NCBI GenBank assembly: GCA_043745805.1
Contig: JAYTSD010000050.1
Location: 31,775-95,774 of the forward strand
From: Fibrobacteria bacterium
GTDB lineage: Bacteria > Fibrobacterota > Fibrobacteria > UBA11236
Length of the DNA: 64,000 nucleotides
Direction: 5' to 3'
In this document: one piece after another, positions 57,368 through 64,000 of the stretch
Position numbering within the stretch: position 1 is the first letter of the stretch
How the letters are laid out: each line of letters begins with the position of its first letter
Notes under the pieces: model-generated
Database searches by the model: none
What the model was told of the DNA's origin: nothing
Seen by the model: only the letters and a program-made list of their open reading frames with translations
Translations under genes and position numbers: made by a program

Positions 57368-58478
57368 ATTTAATAAATTTAAAATATCACAAATAAAAAA
57401 TTATGGCATAGGCGTTTTATGTGCGATAATATTTATGCATTGTGTTTCGGCAAATGAACCCGATGCTCCTGCACCAGAATCTAAGGAACCCATAAAACAT
57501 CCGATAATTTGGAATCCGCCTTTACCCTTGGCATTAGATACAAAGCCATTTCCAACCTTACCTATTGTAGAGGGAAACCCACTTTCCTCCGCAGGTGTGG
57601 CTTTGGGGAAGGCACTTTTTTATGATCCCATATTATCTTTAGACAGCAGTATATCTTGTGCAAGTTGTCATAACCCTTCCCATGCATTTTCAGATAGAGA
57701 TATGAAAATCAGTCATGGCGTGCTAGGCCGAGTCGGTTCTAAAAATGCGCCGGCTCTTTTTAATTTAGCTTGGGCAAAAAATCTTTTTTGGGATGGTCGA
57801 GCAACGGGCTTAGAGAAGCAAGCCTTGGGGCCAATAGAAGGAATACAAGAAATGGCTTTGCCTTGGGAAAAAGTTCGCCTTCGCTTAAGTAAACATTCCA
57901 CATACAATAAAGGATTTTACAATGTTTTTGGTAAAGACTCTATTGACTCTAATCAAGTCACCATGGCTATCGCCCAATATGAGCGTACGCTAATTTCCGC
58001 TAATTCACGCTATGATAAATGGAAGGCGGCCAGAATTGATTTTACGGATGAGGAATATCAAGGCTATGAAATATTCAATACGGAAGCGGGTGAATGTTTT
58101 CATTGCCATTCGGAACCCTTCTTTACCAATTTTGGATTTCATAATATTGGATTGGATTCATTAATCGTAGGGCAAGGATTAGGGGGAATAACAGGCAATG
58201 CAAAAGATATGGGAAAATGGAAAGTACCGAGCTTAAGAAATTTAGCCTTTACCGCTCCGTATATGCATGATGGACGTTTTGCGAGTTTAAATGAAGTCAT
58301 TGATTTTTATCAATCCGGCGGCCACTATTCCGCAACCTTAGATCCATTAATTCGCAATCCACAAAATCCCTATGCCAAGTATCAAGGGAAACGAGGATTA
58401 GGGTTAAGTGATATTCAAAGGAAAGCGCTATTAGCCTTTTTAGCAACATTGAATGATTCTGCCTTTATTTATAATTAA
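57360..58478 (+). CDS. Di-heme cytochrome c peroxidase/MauG/MbnH family protein
   Basis: LG..LFYD..LS, CASCH, FWDGRA, CFHCH, PSLRN and TAPYMHDG motifs. Confidence 0.92.
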   Translation: MIKFNKFKISQIKNYGIGVLCAIIFMHCVSANEPDAPAPESKEPIKHPIIWNPPLPLALDTKPFPTLPIVEGNPLSSAGVALGKALFYDPILSLDSSISCASCHNPSHAFSDRDMKISHGVLGRVGSKNAPALFNLAWAKNLFWDGRATGLEKQALGPIEGIQEMALPWEKVRLRLSKHSTYNKGFYNVFGKDSIDSNQVTMAIAQYERTLISANSRYDKWKAARIDFTDEEYQGYEIFNTEAGECFHCHSEPFFTNFGFHNIGLDSLIVGQGLGGITGNAKDMGKWKVPSLRNLAFTAPYMHDGRFASLNEVIDFYQSGGHYSATLDPLIRNPQNPYAKYQGKRGLGLSDIQRKALLAFLATLNDSAFIYN

Positions 58479-58603
58479 ATCCTGACACAAAATTTCATCT
58501 TCATGCGTCTAAGGTATGGGTAGGGAAATAAATTCGCTAGCACCATTAAAAATTGTGGATTTTGAAAAAAAATCGCAGTTCAAAACAACTTGAAAGGATG
58601 ATT

Positions 58604-60382
58604 ATGAAATTAAAAAGTTTATTAATTTTCACACCGCTTCTGGCATTAAGCCATTTGTGTAAGGCGGATGAGCTTTCGGACTTTGCCCATCAATGCGATA
58701 TTGAAATTGGATTAACGGTTCCGGATTTTAATTGCGATGATGCCTTAGCCACCGACGTGCCTTTAACCAATCCCAATGGCGATAAATCAATGTGCGATAG
58801 GCCGAATGTATTGAATGGCGTATGTGATGAAGGGAGTCGATTTCGTGTATTAGCCAAAACTAATGATGCTTTTGTCGTGTCCCATTGTCGTAAAACGAAA
58901 TTAGGGGCAGGTCAATTTGGTGACATTGCAGTAATCCAGCACAATAAAAAAAATGGGGCGACTTGTTTTTACCAAGGTTCTCTTGGCACCCCTGATCATT
59001 CAGGTGATGTGAAGGCTCCTTTAAAAGGAGTTGGAAATAATGGTTTTTGGTGGACACCGACCCATGTTTCTCAAAGTGGTTGTGTAGCTTGTCACAATAA
59101 TGGGCCACTTATCCGTACACCCTATTTAACTCAAATTGGTCAGCATGATTTGTTAGGGCATAATAATGAAATACCTGGTGCAAGAGAGGTTGGTTTTAAT
59201 GGAATAAATAATCCTTATTATTTTGTAGGTAAAACTTTTGAAAAATGGAAAGCCTATACCGTTACCGTGCCAAATAACCAATGTATTACCTGTCATCGCT
59301 TAGGAGTAAGTAATTTGGGTGTTGGCGGTTCAGCGGGAGATTTTTGTTTATTCGCAACAGGGCTTAAACAAAGGAATCCAGCTACCAAAAATGCGCTTTC
59401 AGAAAAATCTCCATTGTGGATGGGCGATGCAGCTCATCGATTTCCGCAAATGGACAATAGTAAAACGCCTAGTCAACTTGTTACTAGTTCGATTGCTGGT
59501 GGCCTAGTCGCACCTACAACAAGTGATCAAGCAGCCGCACAAGCAATTAATGATTGCGCCAAAACCTTCAATGCAAATAGTTTACCTAATTCTACGAATT
59601 GCACAATCAAACAGTTTACCGGTAAAACCACCTCAGGGTTCCCCGGAAGTTACACGGCAGTTTTTACTCCTAGTACCGCAAGCGAAATCCAAGTTTATGG
59701 TTGGACCTATTCTAATTATCGTAAAAAGTATGATGTGATTTGGCCTTTAGGTTGGCGTTTGTTTAGCCTGCAACCTTATGTGGTTAATGGCAATGTATTG
59801 TATAATGCAGTATGGCACAAGAGTACCGAAGGTGAAATTCAAGTTTATGGTTGGACGTATACGGATTATCGCGCGAAGTACGATGCCTTATGGCCTCAAG
59901 GCTGGCGTTTAAAAATTATTCAACCCTATGTAATTAATGGACAAGTGCGTTATACTGCAGTTTGGCAAAAAAGCACCGAAGGTGAAATTCAAGTCTATGG
60001 CTGGAGTTATGCGGACTATCGTGCCGAGTACGATGCCTTATGGCCTCAGGGCTGGCGTTTAAAAATGATTCAACCTTATGTATTGAATGGACAAGTGCTT
60101 TACACGGCTGTTTGGCGTCCAAGCACTGAAAGTGAAATTCAAGTTTATAGTTGGAGTTATGCGGATTATCGCGCCAAGTATGATGTTTTATGGAATCAAG
60201 GTTGGCGTTTGACTTTCTTACAACCTCATGTATTGAATGGACAAGTGCTTTATACTGCGGTTTGGCGTCCAAGTACAGCTGGTGAAATTCAATTATATGG
60301 TTGGAGTTTTGATAGCTTTTACGCTAAATACAATGAACTTTGGAGTCAAGGCTGGCGTTTGAAAATTTTACAAACGTACTGA
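58604..60382 (+). CDS. Secreted Cys-rich protein with two CxxCH motifs and five C-terminal 50-aa repeats (polyglycine-hydrolase-like/BTRD1)
   Basis: Signal peptide, CVACH, CITCH, repeats EIQVYGW.Y.DY.A.YD.LW.QGWRL; start re-called after the GAAAGGA RBS. Confidence 0.75.
   Translation: MKLKSLLIFTPLLALSHLCKADELSDFAHQCDIEIGLTVPDFNCDDALATDVPLTNPNGDKSMCDRPNVLNGVCDEGSRFRVLAKTNDAFVVSHCRKTKLGAGQFGDIAVIQHNKKNGATCFYQGSLGTPDHSGDVKAPLKGVGNNGFWWTPTHVSQSGCVACHNNGPLIRTPYLTQIGQHDLLGHNNEIPGAREVGFNGINNPYYFVGKTFEKWKAYTVTVPNNQCITCHRLGVSNLGVGGSAGDFCLFATGLKQRNPATKNALSEKSPLWMGDAAHRFPQMDNSKTPSQLVTSSIAGGLVAPTTSDQAAAQAINDCAKTFNANSLPNSTNCTIKQFTGKTTSGFPGSYTAVFTPSTASEIQVYGWTYSNYRKKYDVIWPLGWRLFSLQPYVVNGNVLYNAVWHKSTEGEIQVYGWTYTDYRAKYDALWPQGWRLKIIQPYVINGQVRYTAVWQKSTEGEIQVYGWSYADYRAEYDALWPQGWRLKMIQPYVLNGQVLYTAVWRPSTESEIQVYSWSYADYRAKYDVLWNQGWRLTFLQPHVLNGQVLYTAVWRPSTAGEIQLYGWSFDSFYAKYNELWSQGWRLKILQTY
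59651..60379 (+). repeat. Intragenic tandem repeat, 150-bp period, 5 copies
   Basis: Equivalent codons begin at 59678, 59828, 59978, 60128 and 60278. Confidence 0.92.
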
Positions 60383-60425
60383 TTTTAAAACACAAAATCT
60401 AATTTTTATTTCAATTTAATTTACC

Positions 60426-60453
60426 TAAGCCCGATTTCTCGGGCTTATTTTTT
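60426..60453 (+). terminator. Intrinsic terminator
   Basis: TAAGCCCGA-TTTC-TCGGGCTTA-TTTTTT. Confidence 0.85.
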
Positions 60454-60525
60454 GGGTCCCATTTTAATCAATAATCCCCAAAATCATTTTGCATTATATC
60501 GTGTTCCAAGTGTTACAATTAGCTG

Positions 60526-62100
60526 ATGATACCCTTATTTAAAATCTGCGTATTTTTGCTTTGTACTTCTCAATTCCTTTCTCAAGTACTTTTTGCGGAA
60601 ACCTTAGTCGCACAATTTCACCAAGTGCATTTTAGTCAGTCTAGGCAAGGAAAATCCCATTGTGGTTTGGCCGTCGTCGATAGTTTAAATCAGCGTTTTA
60701 CTTGTTTACAAATCACAAAACTTTATCCCAATGATACCTCGGATGGAACGGTACTTTTGCATTTCCCAACTAGTAATAGAGAGACAGCAAGATTAAATGC
60801 CTATCGACAGTGCGGCGCTTTTACTTATGTGCATAGCGATGTGATGGGGCATGGCCATGGAAAAAAAGGTAACCTCGCTGATACGCCTACGGATACTTAC
60901 TTTTACCGGCAATGGGCCCTTTTCAATAATGGTACATTTTCGGAGCATGCGGACGGGATAAATTCTCTTCCCCCAAAAATCGGCGCCGATATTCATATGC
61001 AAGAAGCATGGACTATTGAAAAGGGCAGCTCAAAAATTATTGTAGCGGTTTTGGATGGCGGGGTTAAATGGGATCACCCTGAATTTGCGGGACGTATTTG
61101 GAATAATGCTAAAGAAACCCCCAATAATGGTATTGATGATGATGGCAATGGTTTTGTGGATGATGAACATGGTTGGAATTTTAGCAATAACCAAAATGTG
61201 CAAAACTTTGCAGGTAACAATAATGTGAAAGATAGTATTGGGCATGGAACCAATGTGGCAGGGATTATTGGTTCAAATGGAAACAATAATATGGGTTATG
61301 CAGGCGTAGATTGGAATTGTAAAATCATGCCGGTAAAAGTATTAAATGATAGTAATGTGGGTTATTACTCTTGGTGGGCCAAAGGCATTCATTATGCGGT
61401 AGATAATGGCGCGCGGGTGATTAATATATCGGCGGGTGGAACCGATGCCGCAGGCACTGTATTAAAAGATGCCATTAATTATGCCTTAAGTAAAAAGGTA
61501 ACGGTAGTAGTTTCCATAGGCAATGATAATAGCGATATACACGAATATCCCGCCGCCTATCCTGGAGTCATAGCTGTTGGCGCTACTGAGCCAAATGACA
61601 CGAGAGTTAATGGCTTTTTTTGGGATCCAAAATCGGGTAGTAATTGGGGAAGTCATATCTCATTATGTGCTCCAGGTAATTTTATTTATGGATTAGCCTC
61701 AACAAGCAATGCTGAATATGATTTGTTTTGGGGTGGAACATCGCAAGCGGCACCGCATGTATCGGGCGTAGTCGCATTACTATTGGCGCAAGATAGCACC
61801 TTAACTCCGGCGCAAATTAAAAATATATTGGAAGTTACCGCGGATGATCAAGTCGGTAATCCGCTAGAAGATAAATTGGGTTTTGATCCTTATTATGGAC
61901 ATGGTCGATTGAATGCGGGTCGAGCACTTGCTTTTAAAAAAACTACTACTAAGTTAACTATTTATAGAGGAAAGCTTTTGCAAACCCTTCCTCCGCTTAA
62001 AAGTCCGGTGTTTAATATACTCGGCCAGCAGTTGAATTCAAAATTGGGAATACAGGCCTCGCAATACATTCACGCATTCCCTTTGTATTATTCTCACTAA
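60526..62100 (+). CDS. S8 subtilisin-like serine protease
   Basis: VAVLDGG, HGTNVAG, GTSQAAPHVSG triad motifs; NGIDDDGNGFVDD loop. Confidence 0.93.
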   Translation: MIPLFKICVFLLCTSQFLSQVLFAETLVAQFHQVHFSQSRQGKSHCGLAVVDSLNQRFTCLQITKLYPNDTSDGTVLLHFPTSNRETARLNAYRQCGAFTYVHSDVMGHGHGKKGNLADTPTDTYFYRQWALFNNGTFSEHADGINSLPPKIGADIHMQEAWTIEKGSSKIIVAVLDGGVKWDHPEFAGRIWNNAKETPNNGIDDDGNGFVDDEHGWNFSNNQNVQNFAGNNNVKDSIGHGTNVAGIIGSNGNNNMGYAGVDWNCKIMPVKVLNDSNVGYYSWWAKGIHYAVDNGARVINISAGGTDAAGTVLKDAINYALSKKVTVVVSIGNDNSDIHEYPAAYPGVIAVGATEPNDTRVNGFFWDPKSGSNWGSHISLCAPGNFIYGLASTSNAEYDLFWGGTSQAAPHVSGVVALLLAQDSTLTPAQIKNILEVTADDQVGNPLEDKLGFDPYYGHGRLNAGRALAFKKTTTKLTIYRGKLLQTLPPLKSPVFNILGQQLNSKLGIQASQYIHAFPLYYSH

Positions 62101-62197
62101 TGGTTGTTTAAAAGCCATTCCAATTTTAAACAAATCGTTTGAAATTAAAATTCAAAGTACGCTTAATAAATACTTGGCTCATTGCTATACTTGGCAA

Positions 62198-63742
62198 ATG
62201 ATTTTGCTTCGTAAAGGGTTAACATATTTAGGACATGGCTGGATTTTTATTGCTTGGTTTTTAATTTACCCCTTTAGTACTTATGCTTGGCAATGGACAG
62301 AAGCCAATGATTCTCGTGAAAATGAATTATTGCTTGCTATCTCCGATGACAGCTTGCACCATAGTTTTTTGCCAACTTTATCCAACTTTAACCATCTGCT
62401 ATTGGATATCCATTATATCCAGTCCAGCTTATTAAATGTTCAGGGTAACCCAAGTAATATTATTTATAGTACTCATAAACAACAAGCCATATGGTTGCAG
62501 CCCATTGACGGAATGAAGTTTGCAATGGAAAGCTTTCAGCGGTATGAAAAATTTAATTACCGAGATTCAGCACTTTTAAATTTTCAAGAATCTGAAAATC
62601 GTATAGGCTATGGCTTTTCATGGTGGCAGCATTTGGGAGAACAAAATAAATTAGGATTTGATTTCATTATCGATTTGCCCGATTTGCAGCGCTTTGAACC
62701 GACACTCGCCTTGCGTATGCAAAATAAATTGTGGAGCCTAGAGTATGGATTAGCTTTTCAACAAGCTGACGATATTTTAAAAGTGCAATCTTTAGATTCC
62801 ACCACAAAAAAGGAAAATGTGGCGGGTGTTTATCGTGCCTCGCATAAAGCGCAGTATGTGAAAGGCAATATTCCTTTAGGGAGAGGAAGTTTATATGGAA
62901 TGGTGGAATGGAATGCTAATAAACCGGAACATGCGGATAAAGAATATTTACTCACGGATTCCAGCCAATCTTTGCGTTTAGGTATAGGTAACCTTTATGC
63001 TACGCAACATGGAAGTTGGCATAGTTGGTTGGCTTATGGGGAAACGGAAAGTATAAGTATGGGTTTACGTATTCCTCCTGGATCGGAAGGGGCAAAGCGT
63101 TTTCATTATGCACGATTACTCTCTAGCCGCTTGGAAGGCCGTATAGGACGATGCCAAAACTTTTCCAACTGGTCGGGAGAAATAAACCTAAATGGTTTTG
63201 ACTATGCACTAAAGAGCAAGCCCGCCATGGATGCTTTGGATAATCGCTTGGAAACTTTAAATTTTAATCGCTTGGGACTTTCCTTTTTGTCCGATGTATT
63301 TGGTGGCTTATATAGGCAAGGAGAATTAATGACGCTTGATCTTCAAGTTCGTCGCCTAAGCCTTTCTTTCGCCGCACAAAAATCAATTAAGAATTTTACT
63401 CTGCGATTAGACGCTCCCATTTCCGCAACTCTTTTTCATAGTAATTTACAGCAACAAGAAGTGGCAAAAAAAATATTTCTTTTGGATTCGGGAAAGGTTA
63501 AAACTTTTTTGCGCGAAGGAAATATTATGGCTACTGCGCCTAAGCTCCATATTTTATGGACTTTAAAATCATTTGTCTTGGCTTTGAGTTGTTCGCAAGC
63601 TTTGCCATTTTATGTGGACATTTATGATCCGCGAATAACTTCTTCTCCAACTCCGTCAATTACGGTATCCAATAAAAAGAAATTGTTAGAAATTTTTCAC
63701 AATGGCTTTGAGTTCACAGGAAGCTTTACTTATGCTTGGTAA
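62198..63742 (+). CDS. Hypothetical protein, probable outer-membrane beta-barrel
   Basis: Signal-like N-terminus, alternating beta-strand pattern, C-terminal GFEFTGSFTYAW; start uncertain (62174 or 62198). Confidence 0.55.
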   Translation: MILLRKGLTYLGHGWIFIAWFLIYPFSTYAWQWTEANDSRENELLLAISDDSLHHSFLPTLSNFNHLLLDIHYIQSSLLNVQGNPSNIIYSTHKQQAIWLQPIDGMKFAMESFQRYEKFNYRDSALLNFQESENRIGYGFSWWQHLGEQNKLGFDFIIDLPDLQRFEPTLALRMQNKLWSLEYGLAFQQADDILKVQSLDSTTKKENVAGVYRASHKAQYVKGNIPLGRGSLYGMVEWNANKPEHADKEYLLTDSSQSLRLGIGNLYATQHGSWHSWLAYGETESISMGLRIPPGSEGAKRFHYARLLSSRLEGRIGRCQNFSNWSGEINLNGFDYALKSKPAMDALDNRLETLNFNRLGLSFLSDVFGGLYRQGELMTLDLQVRRLSLSFAAQKSIKNFTLRLDAPISATLFHSNLQQQEVAKKIFLLDSGKVKTFLREGNIMATAPKLHILWTLKSFVLALSCSQALPFYVDIYDPRITSSPTPSITVSNKKKLLEIFHNGFEFTGSFTYAW

Positions 63743-63775
63743 AAGTTAAAAGCCTACTATAACGGGGGAAGTTCA

Positions 63776-64000
63776 GTGCGTCTTATTCAGGAGCGGAATT
63801 ATTCTGTTGCTGAAATATCCAAACGATTAGGCATAAACTCAGGTTCCCTATACAATTGGCTAGGGAGCGAAAAAACAGGTAAGTCTGGCACCACAAATAC
63901 CGATTTAGAGCGTGAAAATCTTCGGCTTAAAAAAGAATTGTTAAGAGCAGAAGAAGAACGAGACATCCTAAAAAAAGCCGCGGCGTATTTCGCGAAAGAG
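63776..64000 (+). mobile_element. IS3-family transposase orfA, 5'-truncated, running off the window end
   Basis: Translation VRLIQERNYSVAEISKRLGINSGSLYNW...ENLRLKKEL...ERDILKKAAAYFAKE; A7G at 63970-63977. Confidence 0.88.

Noticed and set aside
50858..58491. 10-bp direct repeat CTGACACAAA (50858-50867 and 58482-58491) flanking the fibre-to-MbnH block
   Set aside because: Short and A-rich, with no adjacent recombinase or terminal inverted repeats; chance cannot be excluded without comparative genomes.
59651..60379. CRISPR array or DGR template/variable repeats
   Set aside because: The repeats are in-frame 150-bp coding units without spacers; no cas or reverse transcriptase gene is present.
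1576..61286. Many short 60-130 aa ORFs antisense to or nested in larger genes, plus 43011-43247
   Set aside because: Shadow frames without recognisable motifs. 43011-43247 overlies the AT-rich PEP-CTERM regulatory region.

Overview
AT-rich bacterial chromosomal window, probably from a Fibrobacterota/FCB-group organism. That assignment is inferred from a TIGR02147-like gene, T9SS-like C-terminal tails and D-S/T-rich linkers. Positions 1-46 kb are mostly housekeeping: dacB, moaD/moaE, an MqnC/CofH-like radical SAM enzyme, mgtE, tcdA, a dimeric dUTPase, secDF, rlmN, lpxB, aspS, def, yajC and tRNA-Arg(TCT). Several accessory blocks are interspersed: (i) TIGR02147 + lipoprotein + three tandem Asp-box beta-propellers; (ii) a copZ-csoR-copA operon resembling Deinococcus-Thermus homologs, bracketed by palindromic elements; (iii) a partial ebo-type cluster whose cyclase carries 2-deoxy-scyllo-inosose synthase (BtrC-type) rather than AroB signatures; (iv) a PEP-CTERM/EPS locus with a sigma54 promoter and enhancer boxes. 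After the tRNA (46-64 kb) the window is dominated by secreted and membrane accessory proteins: a Tat-exported intradiol dioxygenase, a Tyr/Gly-rich S74-chaperoned fibre coupled to a tyrosinase, a YCF48/FG-GAP/MbnP/MbnH-like operon, a di-heme protein with five 50-aa repeats, a subtilase, a probable beta-barrel and a truncated IS3 orfA. The best candidates for undescribed systems are the DOI-synthase-like ebo variant (32.9-37.7 kb) and the extracellular tyrosinase/fibre/dioxygenase/copper cluster (49.9-58.5 kb). All family calls come from motif recognition and recall; no database searches were run.
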